DNA of 64,000 bases from a virus, in IMG/VR virus record IMGVR_UViG_3300032298_001311, positions 64,773 through 128,772 of that record; one strand, 5' to 3'. Below are positions 26,071 to 35,980 of this stretch, in pieces. Positions within the stretch are counted from its first letter, which is position 1, and the number at the start of each line of letters is the position of its first letter. The position numbers and the translations under genes were made by a program. The notes under the pieces are model-generated. The model was not told where the DNA came from, made no database searches, and worked only from the letters and a program-made list of their open reading frames with translations.

Positions 26071-26269
26071 AATCGTTCACCATGAGTTGAGTATCAGTTA
26101 GTTTACATAAAATGTCTTTAATAAGCAAGTTTTCTGCAATTCTAATTTCTCGCTCTGATAGCGAATGTGTTTCGATTATTTCTTTGTCTTTGTTCTGGCG
26201 AAGGAAGGATGCTTCCTCATTAGTAAGAGCCACATATATATTAGGATTAACTAATTCTCTGAATCTCAT
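26039..26269 (-). CDS. Hypothetical protein
   Basis: MRFRELV N-terminus. Confidence 0.6.
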   Translation of the reverse strand: MRFRELVNPNIYVALTNEEASFLRQNKDKEIIETHSLSEREIRIAENLLIKDILCKLTDTQLMVNDYVGPKSQRSS

Positions 26270-26685
26270 ACTTTTTTGTTTCCTTGTAAAGCAGCAAGTG
26301 TAGATAAAATCTCTTGTTTAGGAACTTTAACTGATACAGTTTTATTGCTTCCGGGGGTTTTATTTACCGGAGTTAATATCATATCATTTCCTTTAGAATC
26401 AATTTTATAAGGAGCTAATTCATCCCCTGTTGGAAGGATAATATCTTTCGGGATCGTCGGATTAATCGGGGTGGTCTGCCCTGTTGGTTTTTGAGATAGA
26501 GATGGTTGTTGGCCGATTTTCTGATTAGGATTACTTGCTACTGCTGGATTAGTACCCTGTGTAGCTTTTTGAGTTGCTATTTTGTTAGCATCTTGAGTTG
26601 CCTTGAGGACTGAAGGAGGTAACTTACTAAAATCTCTCCTACCGACTGTAGGTATTTGTTGAGTGTTGAATTCTTTGAATCTCAT
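26266..26685 (-). CDS. Hypothetical protein
   Basis: MRFKEFN N-terminus; CTAAATA 8 nt upstream of the ATG. Confidence 0.6.
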   Translation of the reverse strand: MRFKEFNTQQIPTVGRRDFSKLPPSVLKATQDANKIATQKATQGTNPAVASNPNQKIGQQPSLSQKPTGQTTPINPTIPKDIILPTGDELAPYKIDSKGNDMILTPVNKTPGSNKTVSVKVPKQEILSTLAALQGNKKV

Positions 26686-26706
26686 GGTAACACTATTTAG
26701 CTAGTG

Positions 26707-26943
26707 TTACTTCATTAGTAATACTACTATGGTTGATAGTAGTCCTGCTACAATGGTGCCTGCGGATCCAATAAGGACTTTTACCATTGTTTGATTTCCG
26801 TCAGTAATATCTTTACTGATTTCATCTACTTTCTTTTCTATAACTGATAGCCTATTTTCCAATGCCTCATACCTCTGTTGACACAACTCAACATGAGCTT
26901 CTAGTGATTCTTTCTCAATTTGAGCTGCTGGTCTTGGTGCCAT
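26707..26943 (-). CDS. Coiled-coil protein with C-terminal TM helix (XhlA/holin-like architecture)
   Basis: Heptad coil followed by VLIGSAGTIVAGLLSTIVVLLMK. Confidence 0.5.
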   Translation of the reverse strand: MAPRPAAQIEKESLEAHVELCQQRYEALENRLSVIEKKVDEISKDITDGNQTMVKVLIGSAGTIVAGLLSTIVVLLMK

Positions 26944-27065
26944 TGGCTTTCTTCCTTCTGTTATTTCATAGCAACTGTGTCTCTTGTTGCTGCCTTTTTA
27001 GGGCCTTGGAATAAAATGCCTTTGTTTGCCTTACGAATAATATTTAGTGAGTATACTGGTCAAAG

Positions 27066-27446
27066 TTATCTACTAATAAATTCAACTCGAGTGTTATCGG
27101 GTACAGAAAAAAAACAATTTTTAAATTTAGCAGTTTCTTCACAATCATTTATGAATGGTACATATTCTAAATCTGTACGAATTAAGTAGGCTGGATCGTT
27201 GTCTTTTAAAAATATATCGTCTCTTTCGGTCCAAAATTCCCAAATCCATGTTAATTCTTTTTTACCATTCCAATCTATAATTTTTCGTTCAGGATCTTTG
27301 TCAGAAAAGATGATTGCTCTCATTTCTAATGTTTGATGGAGAGTATTATAATTGTCTTGTTGTTTTTTCTTTAGAGGATCGATATGTTCTTTGAATACTT
27401 GTGTTCTTGTTATATCTACCAATGTTGTGATGCGAAACCATTGCAT
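27066..27446 (-). CDS. Hypothetical protein
   Basis: 126-aa ORF. Confidence 0.6.
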   Translation of the reverse strand: MQWFRITTLVDITRTQVFKEHIDPLKKKQQDNYNTLHQTLEMRAIIFSDKDPERKIIDWNGKKELTWIWEFWTERDDIFLKDNDPAYLIRTDLEYVPFINDCEETAKFKNCFFSVPDNTRVEFISR

Positions 27447-27462
27447 TACTTTAATTAGTCAA

Positions 27463-27491
27463 GAAAAAAGGGCAGTTAAAAAACTGCCCTT
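27463..27491 (-). terminator. Intrinsic terminator
   Basis: AAGGGCAGTT-N4-AACTGCCCTT 10-bp stem followed by a T run on the minus strand. Confidence 0.8.
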
Positions 27492-27514
27492 CTTGAAGTG
27501 ATATAAACTTTCGA

Positions 27515-28018
27515 TTAGAAAGTGAATTCTGAAACAACTGCACCTGAAAGGTTGATTGTTTGAGCAGCACCAGCATCGTCTGTATAAGCGAATGATGCAT
27601 AGTTGTCAAACATATCAGTTAGAGCAGTTGAAAGAACTGCTGAAAGCTGTGATGTACCAACTGATGGATCAATGTAGTTAACAGTTGGATCAGCAACTGA
27701 AGCTGACCAAACATAACCATCATTTTCGTCAGTATCAACAGCCATTACTTCACCGCCACTTACTTCGATAGCAAAACGTAGAAGCTGACCAGCATTTGAT
27801 CCAGCATCTGCCTGAATTGTACCAATGTGAACTGGTGTCCATCCGAGCTGTGAAAGAAGTGTATAAGTTAACCATGTTACTTCGCGAGAACCATCTGCTT
27901 GACGAATATCAACACCAAAGTCGATTTCGTAAAACTTTAGAGCTGCACCCTGAAGAGTAACTCCAGTTGTAACCTTACCAGCGTTAGCTGCTACTGTAGT
28001 ACCGTATAGATCGGCCAT
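27515..28018 (-). CDS. Probable abundant virion structural protein
   Basis: Ala/Thr/Gly/Asp-rich; GATAAATA promoter, leader hairpin (CGAG..CTCG), strong AGGAG RBS and its own terminator. Confidence 0.55.
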   Translation of the reverse strand: MADLYGTTVAANAGKVTTGVTLQGAALKFYEIDFGVDIRQADGSREVTWLTYTLLSQLGWTPVHIGTIQADAGSNAGQLLRFAIEVSGGEVMAVDTDENDGYVWSASVADPTVNYIDPSVGTSQLSAVLSTALTDMFDNYASFAYTDDAGAAQTINLSGAVVSEFTF

Positions 28019-28096
28019 AATTTATCTCCTAATTTTTGTCGAGTCTCACTATAGAGCTCGTTACAATTATTTATCATCGGGAGAAATATTTGCTTG

Positions 28097-28393
28097 TTAA
28101 GCGTCAGAATCGCTGTCATCTAAACGAGACAATCTTGTCCCTGCTCTTTTGCTTTCTTGTATTTTGCGAATTCCACGGCGGAACTTATCAGGATCACTGC
28201 CTTTAATACTGTTGATCAAGCGACGTTCAAGATCAAGAGCAACTTCTTCTGGAAAGTTTTCTCTAACCATATCAAGGATATTAATAGCACCATTGATAAC
28301 ATGTAGTGCTCTGCTCTCTACAATAAGTTCAACATCCTTTTTTGCAGCATAGGAGTTAAGCTCTTGTAATATTGATCTTGTTTGTTTCCTCAT
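28097..28393 (-). CDS. Hypothetical protein
   Basis: GTTAAATA 4 nt upstream of the ATG. Confidence 0.65.
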   Translation of the reverse strand: MRKQTRSILQELNSYAAKKDVELIVESRALHVINGAINILDMVRENFPEEVALDLERRLINSIKGSDPDKFRRGIRKIQESKRAGTRLSRLDDSDSDA

Positions 28394-28532
28394 CTATTAT
28401 TTAACATATACTCAACCGAAAGAAAAACAAACTGTTTATTCATCCTGATAATAAATATCTGGCTAATAAGATGTTGCTTTATACCAAGTAAACATGTATA
28501 TTAGTAAAATACAGACACACAGGAGAAATAAA

Positions 28533-28805
28533 ATGTTCGACAGCAAAGAGATCAAAGACATGAACAAGTACATTCCAGAAGTTAAGTTCAACAAGAACGG
28601 TTATGAAATCCGCACTCAGATGTTAGAAATGGCACAGACTCAGCTCTGGAACGACTATCAGGCTAAGTGGGGTCAGTTTGAGTTAACAGTAAAGAAGGAT
28701 GGGGATCAGGTTGTTACTACTATTGAAGCACCTCAGATTCCGGGTGCTGATCAAATCCTTAAGACCGCAGAAATGTTCTACAATTTTGTGAACATGAAGA
28801 AGTAA
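28533..28805 (+). CDS. Hypothetical phage protein
   Basis: Start refined to ATG behind AGGAGA; NKNGYEIRTQMLEMA motif; followed by a terminator. Confidence 0.7.
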   Translation: MFDSKEIKDMNKYIPEVKFNKNGYEIRTQMLEMAQTQLWNDYQAKWGQFELTVKKDGDQVVTTIEAPQIPGADQILKTAEMFYNFVNMKK

Positions 28806-28859
28806 TTTCAAAACATATTATATTAAAGCGCATAGCGCATATAGACATTTTTATAAAGT

Positions 28860-28892
28860 AAGAAGGGTAGGACCAAAATCCTACCTTTTCTC
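28860..28892 (+). terminator. Intrinsic terminator
   Basis: AGAAGGGTAGGA-CCAAAA-TCCTACCTTTTCT. Confidence 0.7.
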
Positions 28893-28896
28893 TTAT

Positions 28897-28925
28897 TTGA
28901 CAAAAGCCAATTCGTTCCGTATAAT
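28897..28925 (+). promoter_or_regulatory. Perfect-consensus sigma70 promoter
   Basis: TTGACA-N17-TATAAT upstream of the HNH gene. Confidence 0.85.
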
Positions 28926-28946
28926 AAGTAAAATTATGAGGAGAAC

Positions 28947-29468
28947 ATGCCAAATACTTTATTGCTGAATGCTGATGCTCAACCAATGAGTTTAGTTCCA
29001 CTGTCAGCTATTGATTGGCAAAGTGCGGTACGCTACATCTGGCTCGATAAAGTTAAAGTTCTACACGAATACGAGGAATGGCAAATTCACAGTCCAACTC
29101 ATGTTATGAATGTACCTGCTGTGATTATGCTCAATGAATATTGGCAACCAAAAGCCCGTGTGCGTTTCAATCGTAAATGGGTTTTCTTGCGTGACAATTA
29201 TACTTGTCAATATTGCGGTGATCAACTTAATGTGAGTCAGTGTACAATTGATCATGTTGTTCCGGTTTCAAAAGGTGGTAAGACTACCTGGCATAATGTT
29301 GTTACGGCTTGCTACCCTTGTAATAATAGCAAAGGTAACAATCCAAAAATTCGTCCAAAGATAGATCCAGAGCAGCCAAATTATTGGATGCTGGCTAACA
29401 ATCGTAAACAGAAGAGTTGGACTGTTCCTCACGAAAGTTGGCTAAATTATATTGATGGAAGATTTTGA
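28947..29468 (+). CDS. HNH endonuclease (McrA/HNH_5-like)
   Basis: RDNYTCQYCG..TIDHVVPVSKGG..W.NVVTAC..CN..K. Confidence 0.92.
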   Translation: MPNTLLLNADAQPMSLVPLSAIDWQSAVRYIWLDKVKVLHEYEEWQIHSPTHVMNVPAVIMLNEYWQPKARVRFNRKWVFLRDNYTCQYCGDQLNVSQCTIDHVVPVSKGGKTTWHNVVTACYPCNNSKGNNPKIRPKIDPEQPNYWMLANNRKQKSWTVPHESWLNYIDGRF

Positions 29469-30312
29469 ACGACCTAAAACCAGAATACAATGGATGCTAG
29501 GCAATAATTGCAATTACGATTGTAGTTATTGTCTAGACCTCTTTAAAAGAGGAGATTATTCAGCGCCCGATGAAGAATTATTTTTAGAAATTTGTAAAGA
29601 TATCATTTATCATTATGATGATTTAGGAAATGATGTTGTCTTTGAATTCATAGGTGGTGAGCCAACATTAACTGAAAAAATTCCAGACATTGGGCAAAGA
29701 CTACATAATTATCCAACAAGTATAATATTAAGAACGAATGGTAGTGCTAGTTTAGATTGGTGGCTAAAATCAAGTAGGTATCTGTCTGAAGTAATAATAT
29801 CTGTGCATCGAGAATTTGCTGACATAGAACATATCATAAACGTAATTAAATTATTAAAAGAATCTAAAAATATGCATCCTATCGAAGTTAAAGTTTTATT
29901 TCCGGTAACAGTTAGACCAGAGAGCTGGAATTGGGGAATATCTCATGTTAAAAAATTTAGGAAAAGATTTGGAGTTGGTGAATTACAGTTACTTTATAGC
30001 AATTTCGGAAGAAAAAGTGACACGCTACTTCCTTATAAAGAAGAACAATTAAATCAAATAGGTAAAAGTTCTATAGTAACTAACCAAAGTAGTGTAAAGA
30101 CAGATCCATTTAATTATAAAGGAAAAACTTGTTATGCAGGAATTGATACTCTAGTTATTGATGCAATTGGGGATATTTTTAGAGGCTGGTGCTTACAAGA
30201 AGGTAAAATTGGTAATATTTACAAAATGCCCGTTGCATGGCCAAAAACTACAATTATCTGCCAAAAAGAATCTTGCAAAAACGGTTTTGACCAATCAGCA
30301 AAGAAAATTTAA
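29452..30312 (+). CDS. Radical SAM protein with C-terminal Cys (twitch/SPASM-like) motif
   Basis: CNYDCSYC, GGEPT and C-terminal CYAG...IDAIGDIFRGWC. Confidence 0.88.
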   Translation: MMEDFERPKTRIQWMLGNNCNYDCSYCLDLFKRGDYSAPDEELFLEICKDIIYHYDDLGNDVVFEFIGGEPTLTEKIPDIGQRLHNYPTSIILRTNGSASLDWWLKSSRYLSEVIISVHREFADIEHIINVIKLLKESKNMHPIEVKVLFPVTVRPESWNWGISHVKKFRKRFGVGELQLLYSNFGRKSDTLLPYKEEQLNQIGKSSIVTNQSSVKTDPFNYKGKTCYAGIDTLVIDAIGDIFRGWCLQEGKIGNIYKMPVAWPKTTIICQKESCKNGFDQSAKKI

Positions 30313-30551
30313 CTATAATCAGGTAAAGGCCCGCCGTGCTTTTTGCCTTTTATAATTTTACCGTCTATCTTTTTTCGATTCTTACCAACACGTTGAGTTT
30401 TTCCACTACGATGAGAGAGAAATCCTTGACTAATACAGGATGATAGTTGACTAGCTCCTATGTTTCTACCCTTCTTTGCTTTATTACAAAGAGCTTTAGA
30501 AGCTGGTCCTTCTTCGTCTGTTATAGAGTTGGCGAATTCATATAATCTCAT
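30309..30551 (-). CDS. Small basic hypothetical protein
   Basis: MRLYEFAN; GATAAATA 5 nt upstream; ends HGGPLPDYS. Confidence 0.6.
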   Translation of the reverse strand: MRLYEFANSITDEEGPASKALCNKAKKGRNIGASQLSSCISQGFLSHRSGKTQRVGKNRKKIDGKIIKGKKHGGPLPDYS

Positions 30552-30559
30552 AAAAATAT

Positions 30560-31267
30560 TTATCTAGATTTGATATAGTTATTAGCTCTAACTAAATCTT
30601 CTTCAGTATTAACTTCGGGAGGAACTACATTAGTTTTGAGAGCAGCAATCTTATATCCAAGCTCTATCCATCTCAATTGTTCAAGATTTTCTGCAATTTC
30701 GTGAGGTGTTCTTTCATTAGATAACAACATTAGATTTTGTCTTTTGTAAGCATAAACACCTACATGATGATATCCATAACTCAAGGCACTTCTACAAAAC
30801 CAATGTGCTCTCATAATATTTGGATCTATGTCTGATGCAACTTGACAACAAATTGCTTTAACAGTATTGATATCATTTTGTCCTCCAGGACTCATTTCGT
30901 GAACAAGAGTAGCAACATCTGCTCCTGTTCTTTCTAGAGTAATAGCAGCATCAACTATTTGATAAGGATCAATAAAAGGCAAATCACCTTGACAGTTTAC
31001 AATTATATCTTCATTAAAATCATTAGCTGCCCATGCTATTCTGTCAGTACCTGTTGCACAAGCTTCTGGGGTTAATCTTACGTCCCAGTGAGGGAATTTT
31101 TCTTTAAGATCAGGACTATCTGTTAGAACAGTAACGAGATAGTCAGTAGCACAAGCTCTAGCATGAACATGTTCGATAAGAGTCTTTTCGCCTATCATAG
31201 CTAAAGGCTTGTTAGGTAATCTTGTGCTTTGCATTCTTGCTGGTATTACGATTCGCATTGTGGGCAT
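30560..31267 (-). CDS. kdsB: CMP-Kdo synthetase (3-deoxy-manno-octulosonate cytidylyltransferase)
   Basis: IVIPARMQSTRLPNKPL, TGTDRI, VNCQGDLP, HHVGVYAY and ENLEQLRW. Confidence 0.9.
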   Translation of the reverse strand: MPTMRIVIPARMQSTRLPNKPLAMIGEKTLIEHVHARACATDYLVTVLTDSPDLKEKFPHWDVRLTPEACATGTDRIAWAANDFNEDIIVNCQGDLPFIDPYQIVDAAITLERTGADVATLVHEMSPGGQNDINTVKAICCQVASDIDPNIMRAHWFCRSALSYGYHHVGVYAYKRQNLMLLSNERTPHEIAENLEQLRWIELGYKIAALKTNVVPPEVNTEEDLVRANNYIKSR

Positions 31268-31295
31268 TTGGATTTTCTCTCTTATAAGTATTCGG

Positions 31296-31616
31296 ATGTT
31301 GAGTTACATTTATATAATCGGATCAGACAAACCTCCTTACAAAATTGGAATAAGCAGAAATCCAGAACGTCGTTTGAAAAACATTCAAACAGGACATCCT
31401 CATAAATTACAGATTTGGGAATTAAGAGAGACAGATTCAAAGAGAACAAAATTATTAGAATCTGTCATTCACAAGCATCTCGTTAATTATAGAATGACAG
31501 GAGAGTGGTTCAATATTCCTTTAGAGGAAGCAAAACATCATGTTGATTTTGCTTTAATTAGATACGAAGATGATCCATTGTTAGAACATCTGGTAAAAAA
31601 TAAATTAATTAGATGA
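31296..31616 (+). CDS. GIY-YIG-fold nuclease (T5orf172/MUG113-like)
   Basis: YIYIIG...YKIGISRNPERRL..IQTGHP...LESVIH...GEWF; start refined. Confidence 0.8.
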   Translation: MLSYIYIIGSDKPPYKIGISRNPERRLKNIQTGHPHKLQIWELRETDSKRTKLLESVIHKHLVNYRMTGEWFNIPLEEAKHHVDFALIRYEDDPLLEHLVKNKLIR

Positions 31617-32849
31617 ATTCATCCATTTAATTAAATCTGGTTCTAATATATCTTCATAATTTTCTAATCTATATGTATCAAGTTGTTTTGTTATTTTTAC
31701 CAATTCTAATTTAAGAAATTCATTATCTAAGTTATGGGGTGAATTCATAAATTCGATAATTCCTTGGTATTGAGAATTAAAATGGTTTCTAAATCTTTCT
31801 TCTAAACAATTTATATGATATCTAAATTTTTCTTCAATTTTAATTTTAATATCTTTTGGTAATATTTGAATATTATAATAATTAGGATAATTTAAAATAT
31901 TGTTTATTAGAATTTTATCGTGTGGCACTCCTAATAGTAAAAGTTTATCAACTAATAAAGGAATATTGAAAATATTAAAAATTTGTGTAGTGGTGCTTAT
32001 TCCTAATATAGATGGATTAAAATCTAAAATTGTCTTTATATTTTTTTCGATAATTTTCCAATTTGTCCCACTTCTAATGTATTCCCCAATTCTATCACTA
32101 CCGTCAATCGATGCATAAACTGATAAGTTATTTTCAAAATATTTCCAAAAATCTATAATATTTCTTCCTTTGTATTCTAATTTACTAATATTTGTATTAT
32201 ATCTTAATTTTACATAATTTCTATTTCGATTAATTAATTCTTCTAAAATAAAATAATGTTCATCCATTAATAACGGCTCGCCACCAGCAAAATATATCTC
32301 CTCAACAACATCTATAAATTCTAACAAATATTCTTTTATTGATTTTTTAGAATAATTGTCTATATGTATAAGTCTTGGGTCATTAATTGTTCCCCCTATA
32401 CTTTCATTTAATTTTAAATGATCATCATACCAACTGCTACTTAATCTGCTCCCACACATTCTGCATTTAAAATTACAAATATTGCTAAATCTAAAATCCC
32501 AATAGATTAAATTAAATTTAGAGTATTCTCCGTCAATGTTTGTGTCTTCTACTGCTGATTTTATATGACTTGCAAAATTTTTATTAGATTCTTTTCTAAA
32601 ACTATCTAAACCCAATTCTTCATTTAAATAACACCTATCACAACTAGGATGTTTGGTACCATTAAGCATAGATTTTCTTAATGATTTAAGATAATCATTA
32701 TTCCAAATTTCTTCTAATGACTGTTTTTTTGTATTCCCGCAACTATTTTTCCATTCTGTAGTACAACATTGATAAACATCGCCATTTGGCCAAATGTTTA
32801 GATGTATCCAAGGAAGTATACAAAATGTATTGTTTATGGAGTTGTTCAT
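31605..32849 (-). CDS. Radical SAM protein with N-terminal SPASM-like domain
   Basis: FCILPWIH...QCC...CDRC, then FSNICNFKCRMC and FAGGEPL. Confidence 0.9.
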   Translation of the reverse strand: MNNSINNTFCILPWIHLNIWPNGDVYQCCTTEWKNSCGNTKKQSLEEIWNNDYLKSLRKSMLNGTKHPSCDRCYLNEELGLDSFRKESNKNFASHIKSAVEDTNIDGEYSKFNLIYWDFRFSNICNFKCRMCGSRLSSSWYDDHLKLNESIGGTINDPRLIHIDNYSKKSIKEYLLEFIDVVEEIYFAGGEPLLMDEHYFILEELINRNRNYVKLRYNTNISKLEYKGRNIIDFWKYFENNLSVYASIDGSDRIGEYIRSGTNWKIIEKNIKTILDFNPSILGISTTTQIFNIFNIPLLVDKLLLLGVPHDKILINNILNYPNYYNIQILPKDIKIKIEEKFRYHINCLEERFRNHFNSQYQGIIEFMNSPHNLDNEFLKLELVKITKQLDTYRLENYEDILEPDLIKWMNSSN

Positions 32850-32869
32850 TTCAAAATATATTACTTAAC

Positions 32870-33130
32870 TCATCCGGTTCGATGAATTAAGTGATAACCA
32901 AACTGTGTTTGAATAGGTTGACTAATCTCACCAACTGGAGTTGCTACAGTTGCATCTTCAAACGGCTTGACCATTTGTCCAGGACCAAATTCTCCAAGGT
33001 CGCCGGAGCGGGCCTTACTTGGACACTTGCTATGTTGCTGTGCTAATGTTCCAAAATTTAAAGCATTAGCTTCTGCTAATATTGATTGTGCTTGTTCTAA
33101 TGAATCTACTAAAATATGACTTGCTCTCAT
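32870..33130 (-). CDS. ppiC: Parvulin peptidyl-prolyl isomerase
   Basis: ASHILV, HSKCPS..GDLGEFGPGQMVKPFEDA and IQTQFGYHLI. Confidence 0.95.
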   Translation of the reverse strand: MRASHILVDSLEQAQSILAEANALNFGTLAQQHSKCPSKARSGDLGEFGPGQMVKPFEDATVATPVGEISQPIQTQFGYHLIHRTG

Positions 33131-33145
33131 TTTCTTTCCTTTAAG

Positions 33146-33223
33146 TGGTCTCGGTGGAGAGATTCGAACTCCCGACCCTCTGGTCCCAAACCAGATGCGC
33201 TAGCCAGACTGCGCTACACCGAG
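33146..33223 (-). tRNA. tRNA-Pro(TGG)
   Basis: Cloverleaf with anticodon arm TCTGG-TTTGGGA-CCAGA, GTTCGAATC T-loop and encoded CCA. Confidence 0.95.
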
Positions 33224-33226
33224 GTA

Positions 33227-33302
33227 TGGTGGAAGATACCGGACTCGAACCGATCGCCTCTTGAATGCAAATCAAGCGCTCTCCCAGATGAGCTAATCTC
33301 CC
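33227..33302 (-). tRNA. tRNA-Ala(TGC)
   Basis: Anticodon arm CTTGA-TTTGCAT-TCAAG, G3-U70 pair, GTTCGAGTC and encoded CCA. Confidence 0.95.
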
Positions 33303-33344
33303 ATTGTCTTATATTACTTTACTTGCTGAATTCTGTCAACCTCG

Positions 33345-33743
33345 TTATTGGATATGAATGGTTGTATATTCTCTATCTTGTCCAACTATTTCATAGAGTC
33401 GTCTGGCATTAGCAGGTGCCAAACGGACACAACCGTGACTAGCAGGCCTACCCAAATTGCCCACATGAGGAGTCCCATGAATAGCGTAGCCGCCATTAAA
33501 AAATATGGAATAAGGCATAGGAGCATTATCATACTTCTTACTGTAGTGCATACGTTGTAATGAATACGGGCTAAAAGTTCCACTTGGTGTATGATATCCT
33601 CTTTTTGCTGTTGATACTTTCCATGTAAATGTTCCTTCTGGACTATCTACATACATTGTTTGTGTTCTCTTATCTACTACTATCTGTGTAGCAAGTGCCG
33701 GTGTTGATAAAAATAATGCTAATGCTATTAGTATCTTCTTCAT
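33345..33743 (-). CDS. L,D-transpeptidase (YkuD family) with signal peptide
   Basis: Sec signal MKKILIALALFLSTPALA; YAIHGT...GRPASHGCVRL catalytic motif. Confidence 0.92.
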   Translation of the reverse strand: MKKILIALALFLSTPALATQIVVDKRTQTMYVDSPEGTFTWKVSTAKRGYHTPSGTFSPYSLQRMHYSKKYDNAPMPYSIFFNGGYAIHGTPHVGNLGRPASHGCVRLAPANARRLYEIVGQDREYTTIHIQ

Positions 33744-33792
33744 GTCTGGATCCTAATGTCTGATACATTATATATCCAGATAATGATTTGAA

Positions 33793-34763
33793 TTATTTAG
33801 AATCGGTATTATAAGTTCTTGTTACACCGTGCTTTTTTAAACCTCGTAATATTCTTTCATCTATATAATCATCAAGAGCATCTTTTAATTTTTCTCTTGC
33901 TGGAAGAAATCTTTCTTCATATATTTTACGACGAGCGTGAATATTTTCATATTTCTCTTCTTCCCACATATCGTCCTGGCAATCGATAACTTCTTCTAAT
34001 GATTCGATAAATTTATCAAACATACGTTCAGTAGTCATGCTTTTTCCTTTTGTGCTAATGCTTTAATGACTTGATATTGTTCCCAGGCATTTTTTACTGC
34101 GGGACTTTCTTCACGAAGTTTCTTTTCTTTTTCTTGTTCATACCTAAAATTCTGTAACCATTGAAGATTATCTTTAGCAACAGAATTCATGCTAATTTTT
34201 AATTCTTGTCCGCCATATACATCACTTAGTGTAGTATAGATCATTTCGTCGCCATATATATTTTTGAAACTCATACTTCTTCTCCAGTGTCTTACAAAGT
34301 GTATAACATTTTCATAGAAAGTTTCAAGTATAAAGACAACCTCTAACCAAAGATCAGTGTATATGAGAAAGAACATGCCGGCGGCAAACCCGAGCACAAA
34401 TGCGAGAATAATCCAAATCATACATATAGTTATTTTTTAGGCTTGAGAGGCTTGACTTCTCTTGGTTGACCCCTTAAGGAAACATTTGAGCCGGCATATT
34501 GTGCTTTAAGGAGATCTTTAGCAACAATTTGATTTGGTGCTTCTATACGAACATTAATGAGTCTATGATTTCCGGGCTGTTTAATTGAAGCTATTATTTC
34601 CCACATTTTCATTATCAAATTCCTTCATCATCTGTTCTTCTAATTTCTTAAGATGAGATTTATATTGAGCATATGCAAGTGGATCTTCGTCTCTGGTCAT
34701 TTTACAAAGCATTATTAAACAAACTACTAATCGGTGGTTTTCATTTAATTCAAAGGTTTCCAT
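33793..34763 (-). CDS. Cluster of four small hypothetical genes (33793-34038, 34035-34421, 34430-34618, 34581-34763)
   Basis: Co-oriented, overlapping or abutting ORFs; 34035-34421 has an N-terminal TM helix. Confidence 0.55.
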
Positions 34764-34781
34764 TTGCTCCTCATAAAATAT

Positions 34782-35342
34782 TTAGTCCATCTTTGTCACG
34801 TTTAGGGCTTTAAGACATTGCTGTAATTTTATAGTTTGTTGATAGCAATCGTCTAGGGCATTGTGATTATTCGCTTTTTCTTCTCTTTGTGGGTTTAATC
34901 GAAATACAGTCCTACAATCGCGGGCTTGCCAAAAATTCCAAGGTACAGGCACTCTAGCATGTTTAGCTGCTGTTTCTAAAATGATGATATCAAATGCAGG
35001 ACCATTTGCCCAAATTCTATCTAAAGGTCTACAAAAATCAAATAGCTGATTAAGAGCTTCTTTAACAGTTAAACGCTCAACACCTTCACCAAACGCTTCG
35101 TGTTGAATTTCGGGAGGTTGTTTGCTCCACCATGCTAATGTGTCATCATTGATTTCAGCTTCCGGATAATCAAAACTTTCAGGATCAACCCTACAGTAAA
35201 AGTGAGGCATGTCTTTAACATTAATTTTGCGATTGTCGGCATATGGATCAAAGCGGAGAGCTCCGATTGTTAGGATCACAGCGTTCGGACCGGTGGCAAG
35301 TGTTTCGATGTCTACCATTACATCGCGTTCTTTAATGATCAT
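34782..35342 (-). CDS. DEDDh 3'-5' exonuclease (Rv2179c-like)
   Basis: VMVDIETL, WANGPAFD, RDCRT and HNALDDC. Confidence 0.88.
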   Translation of the reverse strand: MIIKERDVMVDIETLATGPNAVILTIGALRFDPYADNRKINVKDMPHFYCRVDPESFDYPEAEINDDTLAWWSKQPPEIQHEAFGEGVERLTVKEALNQLFDFCRPLDRIWANGPAFDIIILETAAKHARVPVPWNFWQARDCRTVFRLNPQREEKANNHNALDDCYQQTIKLQQCLKALNVTKMD

Positions 35343-35357
35343 ACACGTATTGTATGA

Positions 35358-35939
35358 CTATTCGTTGTTTAAGTCAATGAAGTCCTTTACCAACTTTACT
35401 GTATCATCATGCATCATAACTTCAGCGTGATTGGCAGGAATATCGTGTATGTCTCCTATAGACCATCCACGTTGTGATCGCATTGTTACAACACCATCGC
35501 TTTCTTCGTATATAAATGGATTGTATCCTTTGGTAGTAATGATATGTTGGACAGGCATATAAAAATCTTGTTCATGTATATGTTTTAGGAATTTACTACC
35601 ATGTGCCATTTCTTTAACATATGGGCTTCTTGTTAACATTGATTGGAATATACTAATATCTAATCCATCTAATGGTGTTGCTATTGTTGTTATACTTCGT
35701 ACACCTAAATGATCACCTAACCATAAACCTAATATACCTCCCATCGAATGTCCTATAACATGACAATCCTGTGTTACAAGTTTTTGTAATTGTTCAATGA
35801 GAGGACCCATATGTCCTTCTGGATTTTTTCTATAGTCGAAGAACTGCCATTTATATGATTTTGGCAGTTGCTTCTGTAGGTAGTTAAAAATGAACGGTGA
35901 TGAATAAGCACCGTGTATTGCAAGTATCTGTGTAGCCAT
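35358..35939 (-). CDS. Alpha/beta-hydrolase (lipase-like)
   Basis: IHGA, GHSMGG, SDGVV and NHAEV. Confidence 0.85.
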   Translation of the reverse strand: MATQILAIHGAYSSPFIFNYLQKQLPKSYKWQFFDYRKNPEGHMGPLIEQLQKLVTQDCHVIGHSMGGILGLWLGDHLGVRSITTIATPLDGLDISIFQSMLTRSPYVKEMAHGSKFLKHIHEQDFYMPVQHIITTKGYNPFIYEESDGVVTMRSQRGWSIGDIHDIPANHAEVMMHDDTVKLVKDFIDLNNE

Positions 35940-35980
35940 GGTAGGTTTATTTAACCTGTGCGATGCAGCATTTTATATTA

